A program made the translations under genes and the position numbers. A stretch of 64,000 nt of DNA from positions 273,234,001 through 273,298,000 of the forward strand of contig OZ024741.1 in assembly GCA_964016885.1 (NCBI GenBank). The letters run 5' to 3'. Shown here piece after piece: positions 13,709-27,468 of the stretch (the stretch's first letter is position 1; each line of letters begins with the position of its first letter). A model generated the notes under the pieces. That model saw only the letters and a program-made list of their open reading frames with translations, made no database searches and was not told where the DNA came from. Source of the stretch: Eledone cirrhosa. Its lineage: Eukaryota.

Positions 13709-14670
13709 TATAGAGAAAAATACTGCTGGTAGCACATGGGTAACATGTAATAAAATAAGTCCCTCATCAGTGATTTGCCGAAGATCATAGATATTTCATT
13801 GCATTAAATGCAATGAAATATCTATGATCTTCGGCAAATCACTGATGAGGGACTTATTTTATTCTCCTCTTCCGACCACCGCTTCTTGGATTACCCACAC
13901 GCGTTTTGACTTCCAACCAAAATCTCCATACATCCGTGTAACTTACCACTTTTCAACCATCCTCTAACACCATCACCTATATAACTCACCCACACACACA
14001 TCCCAAAACAAATTTTTTTATCCACACGCCACCCACACCCACAACACGCTTAAACCACACACACGTGCTTCCCACCACATATTTACACCCTCAGCCCCCT
14101 GATTCCTCTCCCCCCACCCCCTATCCACACACGCACAGACCCTCCGACACACAAAAACACCCCCCACACACACCTTCCTGAACATGCAACCCCGTTCTTC
14201 CCCCAACCCTCACTTTCACATACACACACACACACACACACGCACACCTAACCACACACACCACCTTCAGCCCTCCCCGCTCGGACACCCCGTCTCCCTC
14301 TCCCCACTCCACCCGCCTCCACCTCTACTCACCCCACACCCTTCCACCACCTGTTTACCCCCCCTTTTAATTTCAGTTTATTTTGATCATGCCTTTATTT
14401 TTAAATGTTCTCATTCCTTGTATTTTGATCATGCTTTATTTTTATTATTTATTATTTATTATAATTTTGTCTTTATTTGTTAATTTTTCATTCGCACCGT
14501 TTCCTTTCGCTATATGTCTCTCCACCACTCCCCTACACACCTTTTGAACTCTTACCCGAAGAAGGGCTTATGCCCGAAACGTCGTCCTCCACCTACCCCC
14601 CACTCTCCTGAGCGTGAAGCTAATAAACATTTGTCGTACTGCCTCTCTGTTCTGTCCCTGTTCAATTTTT

Positions 14671-14707
<37 letters not shown>

Positions 14708-15106
14708 GCCCAGTCAGGCGTCTTCTCACACCTGTTGGAGAAACCACTTCCTTGGTTGACCTCCACTGCTTTCTGTTTGGTTTTGCTCATGTCAGGGTTG
14801 TAGCTGTACTCATCACGCTTGGCCAATTACAAGTTGGTGAGGCTATTTAACCTATTGTTGGGCTGGGTGGCTGTTGACTGAGGAATTCATCCCTACTGTT
14901 AACAGCTCTTGTCTTTTTGGCTGCTTGGCTGCTACTTACCCTCCTCATCAGAATAGTGTTTAGTGGGGAGCTGGATTAGTCGCAGGTGTGAGCCGGGGCT
15001 GTGGGGGAGGCCATCAATATGATTGACTAACTTGCCATTTTATCAGTCAACACAGAAATCCTGCCCACTTTCAGCACATGTATTGTGTCTGTTTGATATT
15101 TTCCCA

Positions 15107-15350
15107 AACATATATGTGTATACACCAACATCTTACCAACAATCACTACCATTAACAAGAGGAAGGCAACGCCAGCAACAGTGACAATAACAACAACACC
15201 AGCAACAACAACATATATGTGTATACACCAACATCTTACCAACAATCACTACCATTAACAAGAGGAAGGCAACGCCAGCAACAGTGACAATAACAACAAC
15301 ACCAGCAACAACAACATATATGTGTATACACCAACATCTTACCAACAATC
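15107..15350. repeat. 103-bp tandem duplication, ~2.4 copies
   Basis: Identical units start at 15109, 15212 and 15315. Confidence 0.9.
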
Positions 15351-15429
15351 TGTACTGGGTTGCATGGTACCTGTAGCAGGCAGAAGCCTGGCCTGACCAT
15401 ATATATTAGATGTGAATAGACATTGTTCT

Positions 15430-16385
15430 CTTCTTCTTCTTCTTCTTCTTCTTCTCCCACTTATTCCTGATAGGGTCGTGGGAGCAGAGTCCTCAAACAC
15501 ATTCCAGCGGGTCCTGTCAGAAGCAACTGTCTCCAGCTGATGCGGCTGGATCCGTAAGCGAGTCCAGCTAAGGTCATGGATGTTATCCAACCAACTTATT
15601 CGAGGTCTACCCTTGGGTCTCCTGTCAGTTGATCTTGTCCGTAAAATCTGCCCAGTGATTCTTTCCTGGGACATTCTAACCATATGCCCGTAATATTAGA
15701 GTTGTGATCTCTCAATTCGGAGAAGTAGGACCTTAACCTGAAGCTGTGATCTCTCAATTTATAGTAGTAGTGGTGCACCCCGAACCTGTGATCTCTCAAT
15801 TTGGAGAAGTAGCGGTTCAACATGGAGCTGTGATCTCTCAATTCGGAGAAGTAGCGACTCTATTTGGAGCGAATCTCCGATCTCTGAGTTACGCGGTCTA
15901 TTTTGCAAGCGAAGAGCCTTTCCTGGGACATTCTAATCCCATGCCCGTAATATTGGAGCTGTGATCTATCTAATCAGAAAAGTAGCGGCTCTACTTGAAG
16001 TTGTGAAATCTCAATTCGGAGAAATAGCGGTTCTACTTGGAGCTGTGATCACTCAATTCGGAAAAGTAGCGGCTCTACTTGGCGCTCTGATCTCTCAATT
16101 CTGAGATGTTGTGGCTCCATATATGGAGCTGTGATCTATCAATTCGGAAAAGTAGCGGCTCTACCTGGAGCTGTGATCTCTCAATTCGGAGGTCTAGCGG
16201 CTCAACCTGGAGCTTTGATATATCAATTCGGAGATGTAGCGGCTCAACCTGGAGTTGTGATCTATCAATTCGGAAATGTAGCGGCTCAACCTGGAGTTGT
16301 GATCTCTTAATTCGGAGAAGTAGTGGCTCTACCCGGAGCTGAGATCTATCAATTCGGAGAAGTAGCGGCTCAAATCTGGAGCGAC
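15430..16385 (-). mobile_element. RTE 3' fragment with an internal 42-bp tandem amplification
   Basis: RTE tail at 15430-15690; 42-bp units at 15700-16380 whose minus strand reads QVEPLLLRIERSQL. Confidence 0.75.
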
Positions 16386-17026
16386 TCCTGCAAATTTCTT
16401 AATTATTTGGTCACGTTGCGTTCACACAGTTTCGTGTGATTTAAAGTTTAAAACCCCCAAATATTAATACAACGTGCATGGCAACACATTCAAAAGGTGT
16501 CATACCAGGGGAATTGACAGACCGCGGAATGCCGTATTTAAGAGGTCTAGTTCGTACAATTGTTGTTCTTAATTTCATAGCAAGTGTATAATCGAATACG
16601 TTCAGATCGGACTATCATGTTAAGTGTTAAATTTTTTAGAAATATTGTCACAAAACAAAGAGAATACAGAGCAAAAATAGTTATTGAGAAGGTCAAGCTA
16701 TCTGAGACGAAAGAGCTTTGACAACTAGATAATCATCCGACTACTAAATCAACCAAAGAATGGATTAGTTACTTAATAATCATATCTGATTTAGGCATAA
16801 GGCCAACAGTTGTTTTGGGAGAGGAAAGTTGATTAAATCAACCCCAGTACGTTACAGGCACGGTACTTTATTTTATCTCAGGAATGCTAAAATAAAATTT
16901 CGCCGGAGATAAAGTAGCAAAATTTAATAAGAGGTTGGTGTGTGGTTGGTGGGTGGGGGTTAATCTGAAAAAATAATTAGCAGAGAGGCGGACGATTATT
17001 CGAGACCCCAGAGTATATATGCATAC

Positions 17027-17071
<45 letters not shown>

Positions 17072-18681
17072 AATGAATTCCGTCGGAAAGGTCCAGGAAA
17101 AAGAGTGCTCTATGTAGGTTACAGAGCTTAATAGTTATGTAATAAACAACATAAGGCAATTATTTCATTTACCATATATATATATATATATATATACATA
17201 CATGCACGCACACACATATATATATACATACATACACACACATATATGGATACATGCACACACACATATATTCATACACACACATATATACATATATCTA
17301 TACATGCATACATACATAGACGTGTACACACACATACATATATATGCATTAATATATATGTATACATATATATACTAATATATTTGTATACATTAATATA
17401 TATGTATACATATATATTAATATATATACATATATACTAATATATTTGTATACATTAATATATATGTATACATATATATTAATATATATCGACGTGCAAA
17501 TATGTATACGTAGATACATAAGTGTATGTGTATAATGAATGTTTGGTTTTGTATGTGACTGACACACAAAGATATTCAACAAGTGTCTACAGTGCTAACG
17601 ACGTCAATGAACAACAACAATAGCAACAACAACAACCACGGCAACAGTAGAAACAGCAGCAGCAAGAGGCGATGGTGGGGTCATGTTGTTATTATACATA
17701 CAATTTTTCTGTCGCAGCTCACGGAACGGAACCAAGTAAAAAAAGCAATAGGCGAGTTTTCCTTTCAATAGGGCGGCGTCAGCGGCGAAGATTTCTATTT
17801 GAACGCCTACCCCCTAGTCTGTAAAAAAAAAAACAGCAACAACAAAAGCATACGATAAAGGGACAATAACAAACAATAGTATTCGCATTCGTATATTAAC
17901 AATGTTTTTTTTTTTATTTTTCTTTTACCGTTTGACACTCGCTGACCGACGGTGGGAATCTTTTCCTTCTTTTTAATTGCTGTCTTCACATTAAACACAC
18001 ACAGACAGAAAAATCGTAAACATTTTGAGCTTATATACATATATATATACATAAGGGCCGAAATACTCGCTTGAAGGGGTTTTCTACTCGGAAGACCTGT
18101 TGTCCAGCTGTCCTGAGAATTTCTTCTCTCTCTCTCGTCCAGAAATAGCCGTCGAAACGGCTTGAGCTCTGCCGTCGGGGTTAAACATTTTCCTATATAT
18201 ATATATAATTTCGATATCTAAAAATTGTTCTAAAGGAACTTGGATCAGCTTGGGCTATAAGAGTTCTTTCCCTTGTTTACCTTTCATTATCTGAATAGTC
18301 CCCCCCCCCCCCACCCTCGGCAAAAGGGAGTTTCGGTTTAGGGAATGTGAGGATAGTCACAGTTGATGAAAATTTATTTTTTATTTTTTCGTCTTTTTTT
18401 CCACCTCTCATTATATTCTGACTGCGATATATATATATATATATATACATACACACACACATATAATATACACATTTGTTTATATATATAATTGTTTCTA
18501 CTTTTGGCACAAGACCAGCAAATATCCAGTGTATTACTGGTACTTTAATTTATCGACCCCGTAAGGATGAAAGGCAAATATATAATCTAAGTAATTATAG
18601 TGTTTCACTATTTTCCTTGACCTTTTAAAATAATTTTGTGTGTATATATATATCTAAACATTTGTATATACATGTAAACAA

Positions 18682-18717
<36 letters not shown>

Positions 18718-18848
18718 ACATTTGTATATATATATATATATAAACATTTGTATATATATATATATATAAACATTTGTATATATATATATATATATAAACA
18801 TTTGTATATATATATATATATAAACATTTGTATATATATATAAACATT

Positions 18849-18891
<43 letters not shown>

Positions 18892-19268
18892 ATAGACTGG
18901 GTAAAGATGTATTTTGTCAAAGTGTTTCTGTGTCCTGGTTGAACAAATAGATATTGCTTCTGTTATTATTTACAAGATCACCCCCACCTCTTCTTACCCA
19001 TTAAAACTATTCACCCCCCCCTCACCCTGCATACCTCCTTATACATTATTTTTTCATATCTTTCCTGTTCTCTCTCTCTCTGCCCCTCTCAGTCACTGCT
19101 ATCACCTCTAGTCGTCTGTCAACTGTGAAATATACCCACGTAATTCTACGCACGGCAAAATATATTAAGAAATAACTCGACACAACAACAACAACCACCA
19201 CCCTCTTCTTCTTACTAGAGTTATATGAATGTGTGTTTGTTGTATATAAATTTAATTGTACGGGTGTG

Positions 19269-19330
19269 ATGGGTGTTGGACTAACTAAACGGAAAACCCT
19301 TACTATCAATGAACGGAACAACCTATCGAG
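19269..19330 (+). CDS. Putative coding exon 1 of a small SH2-only protein (MGVGLTKRKTLTINERNNLS+AG)
   Basis: ATG at 19269 in non-repetitive sequence; 20 codons + 2 nt, ending at the donor TCGAG|gtatgc. Phase 2 matches the acceptor at 53373 (AG+G = Arg). MGxxxTK fits the N-myristoylation consensus. The link across a 34-kb intron is inferred. Confidence 0.6.
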
Positions 19331-19644
19331 GTATGCACTTTATGTATTGTTTATAATCCTTTCATTTACTTTCCTCTAGAACCAGATCTGCCCTTCTTTA
19401 ACCCTTCCCCCTTGTTTTTTTCGCTAATTAATTTTGTTTTTATCGTATTTAAAAAAAAAGATATTTCCATCCTTGTATAACTTTATAAAACATAGTTGAC
19501 ATACTAAAACCATAGCTTTATTATCACTACATAAATAACAACAACAAATATAACTTTTATAAATATATTATTCTTATATTTTTCTTATTCGTATCAGTGG
19601 TTTTACTTGCTGGTAAATGTTTTTATCATTACACCTGTTTCAAT

Positions 19645-20465
19645 GGCGGTGGTCTGGCATAATAGGTAGAGTGCCGGACGCAATGCTTCGTAGTTCAAAA
19701 CCCGGCCGAGGTTAGCTTTACCTTTCATCCTAACGGGGGGAAGGGGTCGATAAAATAAAGAACCAGTAATTCGCTGGGGTCGATTTAATCGACTTTCACC
19801 TTCTCCCAAATTGTTGGCCTTGTGCCTATAGTAGAAATAATAATTATTATTATCATAACCTGTCGAGGTTAGCTTTGCTTTTCATTCACACAGGGGTTAA
19901 TATAATAAAGTACCAGTGATGCACTGGGGTCAATTTAATCGACTTTCTTCCCCCCTCCCTTCAAAAAAATTGTTGGCCTTGTGCCTAAATCAGGCGGTGG
20001 ATTGGCAGTATCGGTAGAGGGTCGGACACCATGCTTTGATGCATAGAGTTACGGCCCTTGCCATTCTGAGTTCAAATCCCGCCGAGGTTAACTTTGCCTT
20101 TCATCCTTACGGGGTCGATAAAATAAAGTACCAGTAATACCCTGGATAATTGCTGGCCTTGTGCCAAAAGTAGAAACCATTATTACTGGCAGTATCGGTA
20201 GAGTGTCGGACACCATGCTTTGCAGCATAGAGTTACGGCCCTTTATGGTCTGAGTTCAAATCCCGCCGAGGTTAACTTTGCCTTTCATCCTTACGGGGTT
20301 GATAAAATAAAATACCAGTAACGCACTGGGGTCAATTTAACCGACTTTCCCCTCCCCTCAAATTACTGGCCTTGTACCTATACTAGAAATCATTATTACG
20401 CATGTTTCAGTACCAGTAATGCACTGAGACAATTGCTGGCCTTGTGTCGTAAGTAGAAACAATTA
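19645..20465 (+). mobile_element. Head-to-tail cluster of the major tRNA-derived SINE (about 4 copies plus a tail fragment)
   Basis: A-box-like TGGCAGTATCGG, B-box GAGTTCAAATCC, conserved core and tail GGCCTTGTGCCAAAAGTAGAAAC. Other copies at ~1260-1420(-), 6736-6807(+, 14-bp TSD), 18490-18580(-), 22721-22900(+), 33070-33257(-), 33807-34005(+), 40503-40800(-), 41600-41740(-), 42185-42335(-), 46684-46872(+), 53895-54045(-), 61035-61525(-). Confidence 0.9.
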
Positions 20466-21058
20466 CTACACATGTCTCGGAGCCAGGTGTAACAGTAATT
20501 AAGATAAAATTAAATTAAGATTGGTTAGAATTTTTCAGGTAGAATATATATTTTTTCTATTTTATTCTTATGTGTTTTGAAGAAAAAAATACGCCGGGAC
20601 TAGTTATCTGTGGTTCGCCTTCATCTTAGAACTTCACATCGTCTCGGAGATGGATGTGATAGGAAATATTTATCATTTTGGCGACAGTGGGATGGAGTGT
20701 AGGGACGTACCACAGTCTTTAAGGGAACTTTAGTCTATTATATCGTACCCCACCCACCGGTACTTTTTATTTGATTTGTTTTAATACATATATGTATATA
20801 TAAATGAAAGGATTACAAAGGAGAATATATACTGTCGGAACATGTTTATATAAAAGCACCCACATACGTTCTTATACTTTACTTATATATGTATTTTAAT
20901 TATGTCTCATATAAAATAATACAACTGGCTATCCGCAAAATACGTATAGTTAACACCCTAAACGTAAAATTGAGATTATACTAAGGTATATCCTAATGTT
21001 TGTTGAGTGAGACGGAAGCCGGTCGGAGTATTGCTTAAAGCTTTCTCTGTTAATGTAT

Positions 21059-21104
<46 letters not shown>

Positions 21105-21172
21105 GCTCTGTAACTTACACAGAGCACTCTTCACTCCTATGACTTTTTCAATTTTCAACAGAAACTTCAATA

Positions 21173-21216
<44 letters not shown>

Positions 21217-21782
21217 TGTTGGTATATATATATATATATGTATACACATACGCATATATATATATATATATATGTATATTAAAGTCTGGTACGTATGTTT
21301 ATCGAAGTCTGTCGAACAGCGAAGTTACAGGATAAATGTAAACACATACATGGATACACACACACAGGTGTGTATATATATATGCGCGTGTGTGTATATG
21401 TGTATGTGTGTGTATGTGTATATATATGTATGTGTGTATATATGTATGTGTGTAAATATGTGTGTGTGTGTGTATATATATATATGTGTGTGTGTGTGTA
21501 TATATATATATGTGCGTGTGTAAATGTATATATATATATGTGTGTGTGTATATATATATATGTGCGCGTGTAACTGTGTGTGTATATATATATATATGTG
21601 TGTGTGTGCGTGTGTACATGTATATATATATGGGTGATTTGGACACCCTGCAGGACAAAAAACAATACCTGACAAAGGGCGGAAGAACTGATAAGAGTCG
21701 ACGGCCATCCAAAAATGTGTAAATATGTATATACACATGTACATATGTGTGTGTATGTATATATACGTGTGTATATGCCTTG

Positions 21783-22360
21783 GGTGTCAGGGAGAGGCAT
21801 GTACCTCTGTAGGGGGGTCAGCCATGCCCTTTTCAAGACAGCTCGTCCTACATTAGGTCCCACCTGACACTCAGTTCTCACCTGTGGCCCCAAGAAGCTG
21901 TAGCATGCGATAGCGGCCACACCCTGGTAAACCGCCTTGGCTGGCGGGTCGAACCAGATTGAGGGTAGCCGGACGGGTCTGAACCCCCCCCCCCCCGGTG
22001 AGTTAGATAGGGGATGCCTGCTCCTGCATGCTTAGACTGGACCCGGCGGAGTGAGTGGGGGAGGACAACATCGTCCCAATGGTCACGAAGGCGACGGCAG
22101 AAAGCGGTGTGGAGCGCTAGGGCACGGCAAGACACTACAGACGTCGTGGCCATCCACTGCAGCCAAGGAAGTCCCTGGGCGTGATGGTCCTCCGTACCAC
22201 CGGATTCTGGCTTCTGCGGCCGAGTGAGTGGGACCATCACTGTGCCTGGTCCTCCCACTATAAACCTTTTCCGCACAGGTTTCTTCTTTAGCGTGTGCCC
22301 ACGACAGACGGGAGCTAAATTAAGGAAGATGTCATCATCGTTCACGATGGACAACCAAGG
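21783..22360 (+). mobile_element. GC-rich non-autonomous RTE-derived element
   Basis: GC-rich island with no credible ORF, ending in gtcatcatcgttcacgatggacaacca, which resembles RTE/BovB-type 3' ends (recalled, not searched). Confidence 0.55.
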
Positions 22361-22545
22361 ATATATATGTGCGTGTAAATGTATGTATGTATGTATATAT
22401 ATGTGTGCGTGTGTATGTGTGTGTGTGTGTATGTATATATATATATGTGCGTGTAAATGTATGTATGTATGTATATATATATATGTGCGTGTGTATGTGT
22501 GTGTGTATGTATGTATATATATATATATATGTGCGTGTGTATGTA

Positions 22546-22595
<50 letters not shown>

Positions 22596-23273
22596 TGTGT
22601 AAATGTGTGCGTATATATATGTATATACGCGTGTATGTGGGTAGGGTGGGCTTCTACATAGTTACCGTCTACCATATTTCCCAGACAAATCACAAATTGA
22701 TCGGAGTCTATAGTATTTAGGTGGATTGGCAGTATCGGGAGAGGGTTGGACGCCATGCTTTCCAGCATAGTTACGTCCCTTTGCGGTCTGAGTTCAAATC
22801 CCGTCGAGGTAAACTTTGCCTTTCATCCTTACGGGGTCGATAAAATAAAGTACCAGTAATGCACTAGGATATTGCTGGCCTTGTGCCTAAAGTAGAAACA
22901 ACTATATACACACTTCACCGACTACCCTTCCCACCATTCACTTTTCGACCCCACCATATTTCTAATGACAGAAGAGGCCGGGTCGCTGCCAGGGAAGTTT
23001 TGCAAGGCCGAACAAGATAGATTTCGGGGGTTCCGTGGTGTGGTAGGGAATTACTTTAAATATTCATAGGGCTTAGGACGCGCGCGCGCGTATGTATGTG
23101 TGTGTGTGTGTGTCTGTGTATGAATGTATGTGTATAAGTGTGTATGTATGTGCGCGTGTGTGTGTATGAATGTTTGTGTCTATGTATGAATGTATGTGTA
23201 TAAGTGTGTATGTATGTGCATATGTGTGTATAAGTATGTGCGTGTGTATGTGTATGAATGTGTCTATGTATGA

Positions 23274-23305
<32 letters not shown>

Positions 23306-23499
23306 CAGTATGTGTATAAGTGTATGTTCGTGTGCATGAATATGTGTATGTGTCTATGTATGAATGTATGTGTGTATGTATGTGTATGTGTGCATGCTTG
23401 TGCGTGTATGAATGCGTGTGAATGTTTGTCTGTGTGTGTATGTCTGTATATGGTTGTATGTGTGTGTATAAGTGCGTGTGTATGGGTGCGTATATATAT

Positions 23500-23905
23500 A
23501 GGAAAAAGTATGACCCCAGAGCTCAAGCCGTTTCGACGGTTATTTCTGGACTGAAATAGCCGTCGAAACGGCTTGAGCTCTGCCGTCGAAGTCATACTTT
23601 TTCCTATTACCCACTCTACTACCCTAAGTATTGAGTACTCTGGTGCGTTATGGTCCATCTGGTTCCTTACTACAATGCCTTCGTTATATATATATTTATA
23701 TATATATATATATATAGATATATATATATATATATATGAAAGGAGTCAGGGCCCCGGCGGCTGAGATCCGGCCGTTTCGACAGCTACATCCGAACGGAGC
23801 TCAGCCGGCGGGGTCTTGACTCTTTTCCTATTGCCCACTCTACTACCCTAAGTAGTATCGAGTACTCTGGTGCGTTATGGTCCACCTGGTTTCTTACCAC
23901 ACCTT
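23500..23905. mobile_element. Two adjacent family B fold-back repeats (23500-23683, 23738-23905)
   Basis: Same consensus with inverted short arms; (TA)n flanks. Confidence 0.7.
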
Positions 23906-24071
23906 TGTTGTATATATATATATTTTTTTTCTGCCTTTGTTACTCTAAATATAGTTTTTAAGGAATTCCCTTTTCTTTAAACCCATCAACCAATGACCTC
24001 CCCCCGTTCCAATCCCCACCCTCTCCTACCACCAGAAAAGATATAAATACCACCATGTTACTTGGACAGCC

Positions 24072-24122
24072 GGCTCCCTGATGATTTCTCCCTAATGAAA
24101 CAGTTCTAGTCCTGCAGAAGCC
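24072..24122 (+). ncRNA. Degenerate type I hammerhead (related fold-back copy at 36566-36632)
   Basis: ggctcc-CTGATGA..GAAA-cag ttctagtc ctg-CA-gaagcc. The copy near 36600 has the canonical CTG-TA. Confidence 0.45.
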
Positions 24123-24541
24123 ATTTCTATATTAAATTTTTATACTCTATGTATTGAGTACCTTGCTTACTATGGTTACCCCCAATTGAACCCGGGATAA
24201 ACTTTTATATATATATATATATATATATTCAATTACATAATAAACAACACAAGATAATTATTCCATTACCAAAGGTTTCAGGAATCTAGACGATCTTAGC
24301 AGAATCGTCCAGTACGCTCAGCAGATGAAATATATATATATGTATTTTTTCTCACGAGTCAGTTCTTTCGTTGCTACAGTCCCCGCGGCTGAATTACCGG
24401 TCGCTATCTTCAATTTGCAAAGCCCTTTAAACTGTATGTTATTACTGTAGGTTTTATACCTTGTCGAGTGCTTGGTTGCACTGCTGAATGCATTCGTCGG
24501 CTTAGCTGCGGCTCGAGCTTCGAATATGCTGTACTTCCATT

Positions 24542-24586
<45 letters not shown>

Positions 24587-24589
<3 letters not shown>

Positions 24590-25012
24590 GTAGGAGGTGA
24601 GTTTTATTGTAGTACAATAAAGCAATGCAGATATCGGATAAGAAGCACTCTACAGTTTGTAGGACTGGAGTATACATAATATATAATATCAAAAGATGGT
24701 TAAAAGAGTTCCATGTATTTTATTATGCGCATTTCAAAAACAAACATCATCATGCAATAATATTTGTGTTTTCATCAGATAAAACAGGAGAACATGATAT
24801 GAAGGCTAAAAAACACTTGTGGATAGTGCAGTTTTAAATCAACATATGATATGTTGATTTAAAACTGCACTATTCACAAGTGTTCTTTAACCTTCATATC
24901 ATGTCTTCCTATTTTATCTGATGAAAACACAAATGTTATTGCATGATGATATTTGTTTTTGAAATGCGCATAATAAAATACATGGAACTCTTTTAACCAT
25001 CTTTTGATATTA
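24587..25012. mobile_element. Family C HHR repeat as an inverted pair (HHR on - at 24716-24786, on + at 24910-24980)
   Basis: Fold-back centred near 24848; both arms keep CTGATGA..GAAATGCGCATA; (TA)n on both sides. Confidence 0.7.
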
Positions 25013-25689
25013 TATATATATATATATATATATAACACCCGTTAGATTTCGACACGTTGATTCAGGTGTTCGATCTACGAAACAAGTGGATACATATTCC
25101 ATACCCACTTATACTACTTAACGTAGTTCTCAGGGAGATCCAGCTGACATACAACTGACGCTCAAAATTTCCTCTTGATTGGATCGGGACAACGTGAAAC
25201 AATGTCTTGCTCAAGGACACAATATACCACCTGGAATTATACTAAGTTTTCTTATTTTCTTTTTCTTTTCTTTTTCTTACTTTCCTTTCTCTTTGCCCAC
25301 TAATTCCTGAGAGGGTCGTGGTGGGGGCAGAGTCCTCAAACACTTCTAGCGGGTCCTGTCAGAAGCGACCATCTCCAACTGATCCGGCTGGATCCCCAAG
25401 CCAGACCAACCAAGCCCATGGATGTTATCCAACCATCTTGTTCGGGATCTACCCCTGGGTCCCCTACCAGTTGGTTTTGTCTATAGAATCTCTCCAGCGA
25501 TTCTTTCCTGAGACATTCTAACCACATTCTCTTATTATATATTTTTTTAAATTTTACTGATTTTACTAAATTTGACTGTGGTCATGCTGGAGCACTGCCT
25601 TAATTTTAGTCGATCACAATGACCTTAATACTTTCCATGTCCAGTACTTATTTTGTCAAACATTTTTTTGTCATGCCATATATATAAAA

Positions 25690-26047
25690 TGTAGGAGGTG
25701 AGTTTTATTGTAGCACAATAAAGCAAATCAAATATCGGATAAGAAGCACTCTACAGTTTGTAGGACTGGAGTATATATCAGAAGAAATTAAAAGATGGTT
25801 AAAAAAGTTCCATGTATTTTATTATGCACATTTCAAAAACAAATATCATCCAGGGACGATATTTGCGTTCTCATCAGATATGTGGTTTAGACACTACCTT
25901 GCTCACAAGTGTCTTTTTTAAGCATCATATCATGTCTCCCTATTTTATCTGATGAGTACGCAAATATCGTCCTTGGATGATATTTGTTTTTGAAATGTGC
26001 ATAATAAAATACATGGATCTTTTAAAACCATCTTTTAATTTCTTCTT
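25690..26047. mobile_element. Family C HHR repeat as an inverted pair (HHR on + at 25941-26011, partial copy on -)
   Basis: Same family as 24587 and 6360-6895; the inverted arms meet near 25880. Confidence 0.65.
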
Positions 26048-26768
26048 ATATATATATCTGTGTGTGTATACATGTGGGTGTCTGTGACCTATATGAGTTG
26101 GTCACACACACACGACGGGCTTCTGCAGTTTCCGTGTTAAGAGTACACGTGTCTGTGGAATGCTTGTCGTGCAGGCTGGTTCGTTGATCGCGGAAACCGA
26201 TGGAGGTCCATTCCAAACAGACAGAGCCTGTTGAAACAGCTGTTTATTCACAGAGATAGTGAGAGAGAGTGGTGGGAACGAGATGGTGTGGGAGAGATGG
26301 TGAGAGAGAGAATGGGTGTAGGGGAGAGGGCGGGTGTGAGATGGTGTGGGAGAGATGGTGAGAGAGAGAATGGGTGTAGGGGAGAGATGGACAGGTGTGA
26401 GAGGGCGTAAGGGAGAGATGGTGAGAGAGGGGTGGGAGAAAGAGGGAGGGTATAAGGGAGAGATTGAGAGAGAGAGAGAACATGTGGGAGAGAGGGCGTA
26501 GAGGAGAGATGGTGGGGGAGAGAGGGGGAAGGGAGTGTTCCTTGTCTCATGTAAAACTGGAGATGAGAGAGAGGGTGGGAGAGAGGGAGGAAGGGGGGTG
26601 TTCCCTGTCTCAAGTAAGACTGGAGATGTTATCTCACTGACATCTTGACAGTAACATATCAAGTCGTCTTTACACCTTCTCACTGTCTCTTTCATGTCCC
26701 GTCATGTCTGTCTGTTTGTCTGTCTGTGGACTCGCACATGTATTTATGTGTAGGTGCCTACATATGTT

Positions 26769-27118
26769 AAGGCGCATGGCTTAGTGGTTAGAACATTGAG
26801 CTTGCAATGGGAAGGTTGTGAATTCGATTCTCGGACCAGGCGCTGTATTGTGTCCTTGAGCAAGACACTTTATTTCAAGTTGTTCCAGTTCACTCAGCTG
26901 TAGAAATGAGTTGCGACGTCACTAGTGCCAAGCTGTATCGGCCATAGGCTATCCCTAGGACAACATCGGTGGCTTGGAGTGGGGAAGCTGGTCTACATAG
27001 GTGACTGCTGGTCTTCCACAAAACAACCTTGTCCGGACTTTTGCCTCGGCGGGGACCTTTCTAGATGAAAATCCCATGGTCATTCGTGACCGAAGGGGAC
27101 TTCACCTTTACTTGTTTG
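26769..27118 (+). mobile_element. Second tRNA-derived SINE family (CORE-like GTGTCCTTGAGCAAGACACTT)
   Basis: A box TGGCTTAGTGG and B box AATTCGATTC. Related elements at 40918-41235(+), 34975-35260(-) and 25035-25230(-). Confidence 0.7.
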
Positions 27119-27164
27119 CCTACACACACATATATATATGTGTGTGTGTCCTGAGAAAAGCGCG

Positions 27165-27468
<304 letters not shown>

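Noticed and set aside
15700-16380. 42-bp array as CRISPR or as a repeat-protein gene (WSCDLSIRKSSGST ORF)
   Set aside because: No spacers; the unit derives from the RTE ORF on the opposite strand.
19993-20085. tRNA gene from A/B boxes
   Set aside because: SINE head: no cloverleaf, and it continues into the SINE core in many copies.
21878-22768. 296-aa minus-strand ORF
   Set aside because: Runs through a SINE head, microsatellite and the antisense of a GC-rich repeat; no domain.
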